Positions 1 to 11,345 of a stretch of DNA of 53,971 nt are shown here, piece after piece. Position 1 is the stretch's first letter; every line of letters begins with the position of its first letter. Origin of the DNA: Dicyema japonicum (taxonomy: Eukaryota > Animalia > Dicyemida); NCBI GenBank assembly GCA_011109175.1, contig RDEW01000094.1, forward strand, positions 51,350-105,320, given 5' to 3'. The notes below the pieces were generated by a model. It worked only from the letters and a program-made list of their open reading frames with translations. It did not search any database and was not told the DNA's origin. The translations under genes were made by a program, and so were the position numbers.

Positions 1-2639
1 TTTTCTATATATTGATTCAATTTCTTGAAAATAATCCGTTCCATAATCTTCGATGTAGAACAGATAAGGCTTATAGGCCTATAACTAAGAGGATCTTTCC
101 TCGACTTTCCAGGTTTAGGGATCATCTTTACAATTGAGTGCTTCCATAGTGAAGGGGAATGTCCGAGCTTGAAACTTGCGTTATACATCTTTTGTAGAAC
201 AGATAGAAATTCATCGGATCCTTCTTTAAACATAGTCATCGGAATGCTATCAAATCCAGGAGCCTTGTTTTTGCACTCCCGTATAGCAGTCTTGACTTCT
301 GCCAAGGTGATTTCCTCTACCATACTATTCAGATCGTCTATGGAGTAATCCATAGAGCTAGATATATCTTCTGAGAATTTTTCAGATATAATACTGACTG
401 GGTCTACTCCCTGTATGTTTTCTAATTGTTTCCTGAATACTGACGGTACTCTGTCCAGGGGAATTGTTCTTCCATCTTGATCCGCCAGTACAATGTTCTT
501 TGCTCTCAAATTTTTGTTGGTCAGTCTGGAGTACAATTTCCAGAAGCAAGGATTCTTCCGGTGCACTTTCGAGGCTGCTTTCCTAACTTGGTTTTCGGAA
601 TACAACTTCCAGGCTCTTTGTATAACTTTTTGGATAGCATCGATATTATTTTTCAAAGTTATCCTGTCCCACATGTCCACACATCGTCTGTGTTTCGTCT
701 TCAGAGTATTCCTCTCGCGAATAAGACCCCGAATAGAGGGAGGGCAGGACTGATTCGTTTTCGGAAGGATTTTTGAGTAAATCTTCTTTGCATATAATCG
801 CAGATACATCGTAATAGTATTGGATAAATCTTGGTTGAAAGAATCCAACTCATTATGTGTAGAAAAGGAATAATTAATCTTCATTAACATACTCTTCGAT
901 AAATAATGACGATAATGTTCCCAGTCTACCGACGAGGTATCATAATACAGAAAAATGTCTTCAATAATATCCGGTTCCAGATTTATAGTCATCTCCATAG
1001 GGATATGGTCACTCCCTATATCCCAGAGTAACCTTGGCCTGTTTACATGGTCTAGTAGTTGTGGAGATACTAAGGCCAATCCCAGCATATCACCCCCATA
1101 GCATGAGAAATGGTTAGGTTCTTCGGACGTTAAGACTTCGACTCCAATTTCCCCGACCAAATCTGCCAGTAGTTGACCGTCCCTGTTGTTTCCATAACAT
1201 CCATAAGTCCTGTTTTTGGCGTTCAGATCTCCCACCAGGATCGACATTGGGTTTCTTTCGAAGAACTCGACAATTTTCACAGAGGACCGGGCCAAGTCCT
1301 TAGAATATAGCCCTCCCACGGTTATCCACGTTCCACCACATTGCACGTCGACAGACACGAATTCCGAATCGTCGGCCGATACAATGCAGTCGTTTCGAGT
1401 TTGCAATAGTTTATGAAAGAAGATTGAGGTTCCTGTTCCAGCAACTGCTCCATCTTTCCATGGAATGTCCACTGAGTCATATCCTTCCAGAATATAATGC
1501 CTTCCTTCTCGAATCTTCGTCTCGTTGACTACCAAGACATCTGCCTTGGCAGTCCTCATAAGTAGTGCTAGTTCATCATGCCTTTTCACCAAGGAGCGGG
1601 CATTCACCAGCACTAACTTTAGGATTCTTTTCAGATTTCTTTTTGGTGGCCCGGGCTCTCCATGGCCAGGTCCACCATTTCCCGTAAATCCACTCCCAAA
1701 GTAACACTAAGTTCTCTCAATCTTGTAATAATTTCATATAGTTCTTCTTTGATTCTTCCTGGTATTTTTCCTCTGGTTTGCCATGCCGATTTCTTTGGTA
1801 GATTAGCTGAAGACGGCTTGTTAACACTTGGACCAACAATTCTTTTTCGTGGTAGTGTCTCCACCTTGTCGTCTATGTCGTTCATAGGTTTCACATCTGC
1901 TTTTTGGATTTGGGGAATGAGCTTTCGCCTGGCCTCCACAAGCACAGGGCATCCTTCATACCTCGCATCGTGTTTGGCAGACCCACAATTGATGCATTTC
2001 CGTTCAGAATCCATATTTATAGTACATTTGGAGATATCGTGTTCTCCCGCGCAACGTAGACATCTTTGCTTTCCTGTGCACTGGTATGAGAAGTGACCTA
2101 TCTGCTGACATTTATAACAGATCGGCGGTCCTCTTCTCTTCCATTCGCAGGATATTTTGTTCACTCCAATGTAGAAACCACAACGTATTAACGATGTGGC
2201 TTCCGGTCTACTCTTAATCGTGGCCATCGCCATTGGCATGGGCCGCGATCCTTTGGACATTCGGGTCACTTTCGTAGTTGAAGGAGCCATTTCCTGTAGG
2301 TAGTCCAAGAGGTCGTCCTCCCTCACCCAGAACGGAAGGTTCCTCAGGACAATCTCAGATGGTTTGGCTGAGATTGCCCTAAAGTGGTGGTTGTCCAGAC
2401 CAAAGGGACAGGTCTCATTTATGGCCTCCATGTAGGTGGCCATGTGTGAGTTGTCTCGGAAGTCCAGACGGAAGGAGCCCGATCCTCTGTGGCTCATCCT
2501 CATGCATCCGTATTGGTCATAGAGGTATAGTGTGTTCGCAATCCTTATTGCACTGGTGGCGGAATTCACTGTTATCAGCACGGACAAGTTTTCTGTGGGA
2601 TTTGGTTCGTTTGATGGTTTATTCATAACTGAAGAGTCG
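1..2639 (-). mobile_element. Jockey/I-group-like LINE (family A), copy 1; 5'-truncated within ORF1, 3' part runs off the window
   Basis: Colinear with 13779-16417 at a constant offset of 13778 (no indels seen). Encodes gag-like ORF1 and the APE start of ORF2. Confidence 0.92.
1631..2626 (-). CDS. LINE ORF1 (gag-like, three CCHC zinc knuckles), N-terminally truncated
   Basis: CYKCQQIGHFSYQC, CLRCAGEHDISKC, CINCGSAKHDARYEGC; upstream IVLRNLP RRM-like segment. Confidence 0.9.
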   Translation of the reverse strand: MNKPSNEPNPTENLSVLITVNSATSAIRIANTLYLYDQYGCMRMSHRGSGSFRLDFRDNSHMATYMEAINETCPFGLDNHHFRAISAKPSEIVLRNLPFWVREDDLLDYLQEMAPSTTKVTRMSKGSRPMPMAMATIKSRPEATSLIRCGFYIGVNKISCEWKRRGPPICYKCQQIGHFSYQCTGKQRCLRCAGEHDISKCTINMDSERKCINCGSAKHDARYEGCPVLVEARRKLIPQIQKADVKPMNDIDDKVETLPRKRIVGPSVNKPSSANLPKKSAWQTRGKIPGRIKEELYEIITRLRELSVTLGVDLREMVDLAMESPGHQKEI

Positions 2640-2881
2640 AAAGTTACTAATATAGTCTGATCGATTCTTAAATAATGAAAAAAGTAAAATGAATATATCT
2701 TTTAAAGTTACTTTAAAAAAGACAAATAATAAGTGAGATAAACACAATATAATTTAAATAAATATGGTTTTTAATAATATAAATTTTAAAGACACAATAT
2801 TTTGCCATAAAGCATCTTTAACTATGATTAATTTAAATTTATAAAAAATTTTAAATCTAAATTAATGAATGCTGTAAATAA

Positions 2882-5800
2882 TTTTTTTTTTTTTTTTTTA
2901 AACAAAAATTTATTAACAATAAAATATTATTATTAACTATGGGGGAGAGCGGCTGCTGACATCACGGAGTAAGCGTTTCCGCGAATAACTGCGATACCAA
3001 TTCTTTGCCTCAGCCAGACCGCTTCCCGCACGTCTTTCTTGCGGTGGGCCAATTTTCCCCCGATTTCCTTTAGGAAAGAGGCTGTAATACTTCCAGCCGC
3101 ACCAGACGTCTCGATTGCTACCGGTACAAAACGGTAGCGGTCTCCAATTTCGCCATATTTTTTAATCTTGATTTTTCGGCCAGATCGGCTGCTGATCCAG
3201 CAGACTGCGCCGAGCTGAGCATCATCGAGTTCGAGAAAGAATCCACAACAGTGCAGTCCCATACGAGCGATTTTCCCTCAGTGAACGGAAAGATAGTTAA
3301 CCCATCCGGTCTTTTCCCATCTCCGCGGTCCAATCCCACAGGTTCCAATACTGCCGGGAAGCCTGCCGCTTCAAGAGCTCGCAAGACAATGTTGTTCATA
3401 GCAGCATGGCGGGGTGCTCTGCCCGCACTCCTTTTGCACGAGAGCGGGTGCAGCCCTTTGGCATCGACGATCCCTCCACAGCGACATTGGTGTTCGACGC
3501 AAACATCAGCTCCCAGGCGTTGTGCGATTCCAATCCGAATACAGTCATCGTCCAATAGGGTCCCCAGGGAGGAAGACGGGAGTGCATCCAGCCACGCTCC
3601 GCTCCCATGGTTGGCGGCGGACACGAGGCATGCAAGACGATGCTGGTTGGCCTCAGACTTTAGCACGTCGAAGATATTCTTGGAGTAAATATCATCCCAG
3701 TCACGTTGCCTCGAAGGATCGTTCGGCATATCCAAACCAGTTTCACACCATTCGCAACGAGCTTCGTCGAAGACTTTTTCCCAAGAGAGTCCGGTTGTAA
3801 TACGTAGGATTTCTTGGACCAAAAGGCTTCCACTTGAGAGCGATGACACATATGCTGGATAGGCGATCTCCAGCGCCGACCTGAGACCCGTTCCTCCGAG
3901 GCGTGTAGGAAGCTTGCATTGGTTCCAACTCGGCGCATCAAACTGGATGTTTAGAAGTAATTCAGCTGATTTTCTCAATGTCCTATCCAGTGACAGGAGG
4001 ATGTCACGATGTTTGAAGCAGGGAGAACATCGGAGAGCATATAGGAGTTTGGGCAAGCCGATGCTATTCTTCAAAAGGAAGAACGCTGTATGACCATCGA
4101 GTAAGGAAAGTTTCTCCGTGACTCTGGAGAGTTCATCCTCTTTTGTTTGTAGATGGCTCCGCAGTTCCTTTTCGTCAAGTGGGCACCCAAGAAAGTATGT
4201 CCGCTCCCTGGGTACGACAGTAATTCCAGGTAATACCGAGTTGAAAGACTCGACCACGTTGATGAAATCACTCTCCGAGTATGTGATATTTATTAGCTCC
4301 GATTTCTTTATGTTTATCTCAAGTCCGAGGTTTCGTAGTGCTGGCACGGCATGTGACAGAACGTCGTGTACTTTTCTCCACGGCCCTCCAATTGTGGCGT
4401 CATCGAGATACCAAAGGTTAAGTTGTGTGTTTATAGAGCGGACAATTTCATCGATGGCCAGAGCGAAGAGTAGTGGACCAAGTGGGTCTCCTTGTTGAAC
4501 TCCGGTCTCCGAACAGATAATCTTGTCCCCGAAAACCAGTGAAGAATTTGATCCGTAAGCGAGGAAGACAAGTGGAATAAGTTCCGGGGCTCGTTTGCTT
4601 GTAGTTTCGAAAATTTGATCCCTCCTCAATGAATTGAAGGCATTGCAGATGTCCAGCTTGACCCCAATGTGTGGGTTTTGTTCGTCATTCTGTCCAAAAA
4701 ACACCTCGCAGCATGCACTGCCGCCTCGCATCCGTTCCTTACACCAACTCCCAGTTGGAGGGGGAAAATTCTTCAGATATTCTCGGAGAGACAATGCTGC
4801 ATGCAATTTTCGCTGTCAATCTTCTGAAATAGTTGCCGACTGCGATGGGGCGGACCCCACCTTCAGGTTTTTTGAAGGCCAATAAATGTGCACTGAAAAG
4901 GAGCTCCCTTGCGTGGGGAGGAATATCTCCGTTCAAAATACGCATAACCAGTTTTGTAATTGATTTGACAAGGTTGCAGCCAGCTTCTGCAGTAGCCTCC
5001 GCCGTAAGATCTTTGATGTGACCAGGCCGCAAGCCATCGATGCCTCCACTGCTACTCGCCGCAAAGGACGAAATGCCGCGTCGCACTTCGCCTTCGGTGA
5101 CGGTCATCCTTGACAAATTTCCCGGAAGCACGAATGGGCGGTAATCCTCCGGAGCACATGGATGTTTATGTCTAAGTAGTTCTAGCACCTCAGGTGTCGC
5201 AGCCATAACAGTTTTCGCTGGCGACGACGCGCAACGCCGCTCGGACGTCGCCTTCGAATAGTTTGCGGTTCACTCTCTCTTTAAGTTTTTCCGGGCCATT
5301 CAAATAAACAGAGGATTGGAATCAGAATGTCTTGATTTCTTGACTTCCGTCTTGGTGAGAGAATGCACATAGAAAACCTGGATGTTCTTCTTCATTTTTG
5401 AGGAAAGGGAGTTTCCAAGTGTCGTGCTTTCCTCTGTATTCCGTTGATCTCCCTTTGAGTCGATAAATGGAATTCCAAGGGCCATCGGAGCAAAACTGAG
5501 GAGTTTTAGCCAGGCCTCCAGGTCGTCGGACGTGAGAGCATTGTCAATTGCAGAGGCCAGACATGTAGCCGCGGGGATCCGGACGGGTCTTGGGATCCTG
5601 ATTGGGATCTTCCTGGCTTTCCTTAGATCCGACAAGAAGAGCAAGAGGTTGTCCATATTATTGAAGTCTAGAGGCTCGTTTGGTTCAACGTGCTCGTTTG
5701 GAATGGTCCTCTGGGTTTTCCAACCAGTTCCCATGCAGACACTGCAGTTCCAAAGGCAGAGCGAGCACGCAGCCCGCTGAGACATCTTTATGCATCCAAG

Positions 5801-5975
5801 GTGGAAAAAGTCACGGCAAGACGAGCAGAAAAGTCCATATTTGCGTGCATTGGCAAAACCGCATGTAGAGCATGTAGTGTCCAGTCTCTCGGGTGTAATG
5901 TGTGTTGATCCATTGTATGAACGACGCTCCATGATGATACAATTATTCACAACAAGACCACACGTTTTATTTCCT
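2882..5975 (-). mobile_element. CRE-like non-LTR retrotransposon (PHD + RT + restriction-like endonuclease), near full length, frameshifted
   Basis: ORFs 5300-5950, 4739-5206, 3118-4806 and 2933-3262 chain together. RT motifs GVRPIAVG, GVQQGDPLGP, WYLDD; CCHC (CRCG..HPLSC); RLE KRPDG..WDCT; oligo(A) tail at 2882-2899. Confidence 0.88.
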
Positions 5976-6034
5976 TTTAATTTCTTACTTAGCTAACTAA
6001 TATATTTTTGCGGTTTTACGTCGCAACGGCGTAT

Positions 6035-8801
6035 GAATAACTAAATTTTTTTTTCTCGTGGCGTCATGTGGTTCACCTTTTGTGGTGGCGCTCAGTGTAA
6101 TAATACACCAAAAAGAACCATTTGCTCTTCCCCATCCAGACTCTTTATGCCTGGATGGTATGCCTCAACTGGAAACTCGAGATGTTGTTTGTTCCCCTGG
6201 ATTCTATTGCTTTCTGGAGATATTGAACAAAACCCTGGACCAAAACCCCTTGTTATTATGCAACTCAATGCTAACGGAATAAAAACAAAGATTCTGGAGT
6301 TACGATCTTTATTAACGAAGCACAAGATTGACATCTGCCTTATCCAGGAGTCAAAACTTTCTACAAACAGTTCAACCCCACTTTTTCCTGGATACATCTC
6401 TATCAGAAAAGACCGCATTGGACGTGGTAGCGGCTTACTCACAATTATCAGAAACGGTCTATCTTCCACGATGTAAGCTTGCATGTGGATGATTTAATTT
6501 TACACGACAAGACCGCGGAACAAATTTCTATTGATCTTATTAATGGGTCAGAACATCTAATTCTAATCAACATTTACATTCCACCGCCGGGATCCTGTCC
6601 TAATAACTATGTTCCGAAGCTCGACAAACTACAAGAAATTCGAAATGTGTTACTATGTGGGGATTTCAATGACAAACATCCGCATTGGCTTAGTACTCAG
6701 TCGGCAGACAAGAGGGGGAGTCTCTCGAAAAAATGGTGATTCTAATCACCCGAATATGTTCACAAGGACACTTATCCGAAGAAATGACAACCCAACCTTC
6801 CCCGACATATCCATTGCTTCCCCTAGGAATGCCCTGAGCCGATTCAATAACTCGCTTAGAATTAAAGCAACCTTCAAGGTCTACAAGAAAGCTGACTGGT
6901 CGAATTTCAAGCTCTTCATTGACAATAAACTAAAACACTTTGATCCCACCTCATTTTGCTCCATCGACAAAGCAGTGGACCATCTAAACCATGTAATCCT
7001 TCAAGCCGAAAAGTTGTTTTTACCACGTGCAGTTTACAAATCCTACAAGCCTACTTTGGACTTTGAGACTCGTCTCCTCATCAAACAAAGAAACTCCCTG
7101 AAGATGAATCATCTGCAAACCTCATCTGATTTGCAAAATATAAAATGCTTAAATCAGAGAATTACAAAGCTCATCAGAGAAAAGAAAGATAGGGCGTGGA
7201 AGCGCCTATTATCATCTATTGGACATATGAAATCCACGAGTCTTTTATGGAAAACTATTCGTCAAATCAAGCTAAACTTATCAGATGAATCAGAATATTT
7301 TTCTGCTCAAATACTGTGCAAGCTAAGAGATCTTTTACGTGTGGACCTGACGGCATTCCGGTAATTTTGTTAAAACACCTTGGTAATGCTGCAATCAATT
7401 CGATTACGTCAATTTTTAATTTGTCTTCTAACATGAACGTCATCCCATGCAAATGGAAGAATTCACTTATAATACCATCCTTAAACCAGGAAAACCGAGA
7501 ACCTCACCTTCTTCCTTCCGTCCAATTTCATTAACGTGCGCATTATCGCGCCTAATGGAGAAACTCGTACTGTGGAAAATTAAACCCCATTTGCCCGACT
7601 GCCACTTTCAACATGGTTTAAAATGTGAGCGTTCAACTACGACACATTTGACTTCACTGTCTCAATTTATATCAGAAGGGTTTCAACGTACCGAAACGCA
7701 ATCTACGGACAATAATGGTTTTCCTGGATATCCAGAAGGCGTTCGATTCTGTCTCGAGAATATTTACTCACGAAGATGGTTTTTGACACCACCATTCAGT
7801 CCGATTTGAAAAGATGGATAGCCAATTTTCTCTCCGGAAGAAGAGGACGTGTCTGTATAGGCCACGCAAGATCGAGGTCCCGTCTCGTACCAAATGGCGT
7901 CCCTCAAGGATCGCCCCTCTCTCCGGCATTATTCAACTTGTTCCTCAACAATTTACCCTGCCCTGGAGGACTAGATTCAATGCTTCTCACTTATGCTGAC
8001 GATTTAATCATCGCTAGCAGGAACAAATACGTGGGTACAGCAAAATCAGAGCTTCAATCACATATTGACGGCCTGAAAGCCTGGTTGAAGTTGAATCGTC
8101 TCTCCGTATCCAGGGATAAATCAACTTTTACAATCTTCACCACGGACAGAAAAGAAAAACATACACTGGACTTGAACATTTTTGGAGACTCCTTACCACT
8201 ACAGATTCGTCCAACTATCGTGGGAGTGACATTTGACCCTTTGATGACATTTTCTCAACATGTGAAGAACGTTATGACAAAGGGTCTCAGGAAACTTAAT
8301 ATAATCAAACCGCTCTTGAAGTCCAAACCCTCACAGGAATGCGCCCTCGTCGCGTTCAATCAACTCCTAAAACCGACGATTGAGTACGCTTGTGCCTCAT
8401 GGGCCTATGGAGCTTCGATATCAAATTCACTCAAGATCAATACCCTAATTGGAAAACTAGCACGTCAAACGAATCTACCCCCCGATCTTTTCCCTCCAAT
8501 GCTTGACCACGCCGCAATCAAAAATAATGGCTCCGGCTTCATCTGTCTGTGTGGCCAAGAAACAAGTCGTATCATCGATTCAAGGCTAAAGGCTTCAAAT
8601 ACACGAAATTTGGGGAAAACTTTACTCCTCTTCAAACCCTAATGAAAGATGATCGTCGTCTATTCAGGAAAGCCGTGGGTACTCTGGAGGAACACAGGAA
8701 AAACTTCTCGATCCTGTTGAGGCGTACCGGGATCACTTAATTAGTTGGATTACTCCTTCTTTCTTGGTGTTCCCTTTTCGGGGTTATTAAATAAAATAAA
8801 T
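6035..8801 (+). mobile_element. APE-RT LINE with an N-terminal 2A-like peptide, frameshifted; 10-bp TSD
   Basis: QLNANG/IQESK/GDFN APE motifs; GVPQGSPLSP and YADD RT motifs; (ATAAA)n tail; TSD AACGGCGTAT at 6025-6034 and 8802-8811. Confidence 0.88.
6189..6242 (+). other. 2A-like ribosomal skipping motif ILLLSGDIEQNPG|P
   Basis: Exact D(V/I)ExNPGP consensus, in frame and directly upstream of the APE domain. Confidence 0.85.
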
Positions 8802-8904
8802 AACGGCGTATTAACGGCAATATCAATTTTGACGGATCGTTCTAAACCTGAAATCGTAGTCAACCGGTCACAATAAATATTATAAAAATCGAAATTATTC
8901 ATTA

Positions 8905-9035
8905 AAACCCCTATCTTGACCCTAACTCAACCATTTCCTCACCCCTAATTTAACCAATTATATAATAACCCTAACCATTTACTAATCCAAATCATAACCT
9001 AATCCTAACCATTTCCTAACCCTACCCTACCTTAA
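8905..9035 (+). repeat. Degenerate (CCCTAA)n telomere-like tract
   Basis: Repeated ccctaa/cctaac/taacc units, e.g. taaccctaacc and cctaaccctaccctacc. Confidence 0.55.
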
Positions 9036-9269
9036 CTATAATTCTATCTATTAAGCTCTATCAACATAGGAGTTTAACCACATTTTATAGTTATTTAACC
9101 TTACAGATCAAGGGTTACCTTATTTTTGAATTATGAAAAAAGTAAACACACATGATGACTAAATTACAAAACAGAGAGGCGTAAAAATTTTAACTCGAGA
9201 TTATTTTAATTTGTGATATCAACACATCTTTTTCGCATTCACAATTCTTCACTTTTATATACCCTTTTA

Positions 9270-9600
9270 CTTCCATGAAATAGATAAGAAGGGATTTTCT
9301 TAGTGGAAGAATGAAAGCTTTTATCATAATTATACACTAAGTCCAAACATGAAATCCATTTTTTATTTTGTTGTATGAAATGTTTTTTTGTAACCAACGA
9401 GTCAACGTTTGGTTACAACGTTCTACTTGGCCTGGGATTGAGGATGCCTTGGACGACTAAACTTTTGTTTAGAATCTTCCAACAAGAAAAAATTGCCTTT
9501 CTTAATAAACCGAAATTTTTGCATTCGTGTAAAATTATGGTTGATGATCTTGCATTGTAGATATGAAACAATATCATTGTACTCTTGGCGAGTCTTGATC
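9270..9600 (-). pseudogene. Integrase-type (Ginger/KRBA2-like) transposase remnant, internally deleted
   Basis: With frameshifts reads RPRHPQSQ-QVERCNQTLTRWLQK...KWISCLD...HSSTKKIPSYLFHG, matching the integrase HPQSQGxVER core. Confidence 0.65.
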
Positions 9601-9714
9601 ATTCTTTAATATGCATTTTTCTAACACGGATAATTCGATTTATGAATAAATAGTGAATTAATTGGACGAACGGCTCCCCAAGTTTAAATTGATAAGGATC
9701 TTTATTTAACAAAC

Positions 9715-10560
9715 AATAAAAAAGTTAATATATTTATTAATCAACAACCTTCATCGCCTGCCTGTTCGCCAGCCTCCTCTTGCAGGTTCGATCTGGTTGC
9801 TGAAACAACTCCGAGACCGCATTGTCAAATTGAACCCTCTGCCCATATGGCATATCAGGGATCTGCCTCCTATACTCCAGTGTCAAGCTCTCTAGGGTCC
9901 GCTTTAACACAGTGGACTGTAGATAGGCCTGGAGCTTCCTATCTACCCCCAACTGCTTCAGATAACCCTTGTGATACTTTGTTGCAATTCCTTCCCACGT
10001 AATTACTATAGGAATAACGAGGACCTTGCAACCAAGCATCTGCCCCATCTCGTTTGCAAGAAAGTCATACTTCCTTTTTTCTCCACCTCCACAGTCTGCA
10101 AACGGTCTTGAGACGTGATGCAACCTCTATGATAAGGACTTGGCCAGACTCCTATCGTGTACCAAATGTCCGGTTTACTGTGCTTGACCTAGCACCGAGG
10201 TACGGATAACACTGTCTACCTTAATTTGGACCCTGGTGTTTTCTACTGCAAATTGCACCTTATGAGTCCGCAACTTTCTGGTGTGGCGAATACTTATTGC
10301 ATAGTAGAAGATGAAGACTCCTTACTACTTCGTTATGCCTGCACACATAGTCGTGGCAAAGCATGGATCCACATCGAGTGGCTAAATGATCAACCGACAT
10401 GCTCCTAGACTTACAGTGGAGACATGTATTTGTTGATCGACCCCAAAAAATATTGCGTGCTCCAACACGTACTTGGGAAATCCGTCCTAAAATAATCAAC
10501 CCATTACATTTATTAAGGTTGTAGCCAAAAAGTTCTTTCAGCAGATATAGGCCCGTCCTT
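9715..10560 (-). mobile_element. 3' fragment of an RLE-type (R2/R4-like) non-LTR retrotransposon
   Basis: CLHCKSRSMSVDHLATRC...RHNEVVRSLHLLLCNKY (CCHC), KPDI, EKRKYDFLANEMG...VIPIVITWEG. Confidence 0.8.
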
Positions 10561-11345
10561 ATTTCCAAAGTTGTGGAAGATGGTCGCTTCCAATATCTTG
10601 CTCCACATATGGGTGCTCACAAATTTTGCTTAGATTCTGAGGCATCACAAAAACTCCGAGCTTGTCCCCACTCCTTGGTGCAAAGTGATTAATTTCTGAA
10701 GTTAAAATTTCTTTAATCTCCATGTTTTTTACAAGGCATTTTCCATCTTGATTGGTTGCTACACAACCATAGTCAGTATGTTTAGCGTTCATGTCCCAAC
10801 AAGGATTGGATATTCATTGTTTCCATAAATTTGTCAACAATCCATGGATACTCTCTTAGTTTTTTAGAATAGATTCCTCGATAGTTATCTGATGCCCTGC
10901 TTTTCAAATCTTTTTCAACCGTAAATTTTCTCCCAATATCTTCCAAGGTTATTCTTCCAACTCATTGGTTTCAATCCACGTCGGAAGACCTTTAAGCATT
11001 ACTACTGAGGGTCTCGGCGTAGCTTTTTGTAATGAATGTCCATTAACTCCAAAAGTTTTCTTTCTTCTAGTTGATTCTGGAAACCTTCAAATCACTTGTA
11101 GTTTTAAAGTTCAGGAGAAATTCTCCTGTGTGTCGGCGCGATATTCGAGCCACTTGAGAGAATCCATACTACATAGAAGTATTGAATATTCGGAGTGCAC
11201 CCATACCGAGTTTTTTACTTGTAGGATAGCAGTAACACTGACTTCGCTTCTCAGAGTTTTTTAAAAATATCTTTATCTGGAAATATTCTCGTTTCCTCAT
11301 AGCAACAACGAAAGTAGTAGACCAATTTCTTAGATAGATAACATG
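10559..11345 (-). mobile_element. 5' part of a family-A-related LINE (element D): short 5' UTR, degenerate ORF1, deleted APE
   Basis: GVNGHSLQKATPRPSVVMLKGLPTWIE resembles ORF1 GLDNHHF..KPSEIVLRNLPFWV; MNAKHTDYGC and DIGSDHLP APE motifs; 5' UTR TAAGAAATT...TTGTTGCTATG resembles that of A. Confidence 0.65.

Larger units (their letters stand above)
2654..8872. mobile_element. Interrupted, internally deleted copy of the TGT...ACA non-autonomous element (pieces at 2654-2881, 5976-6034, 8802-8872)
   Basis: 2654-2735 matches 42500-42580; 2835-2880 plus 5976-6010 rejoin to match 43545-43640; 8830-8872 matches the right TIR 43690-43732. Confidence 0.8.

Noticed and set aside
477-2628. Plus-strand ORFs over the LINEs (also 14255-16406, 3251-5021)
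   Set aside because: Antisense shadows of the real minus-strand ORFs with no recognisable motifs.
2933-5950. Frame changes in the CRE element as programmed recoding
   Set aside because: No shared signals, and the second CRE breaks at different places; decay or read indel errors are simpler.
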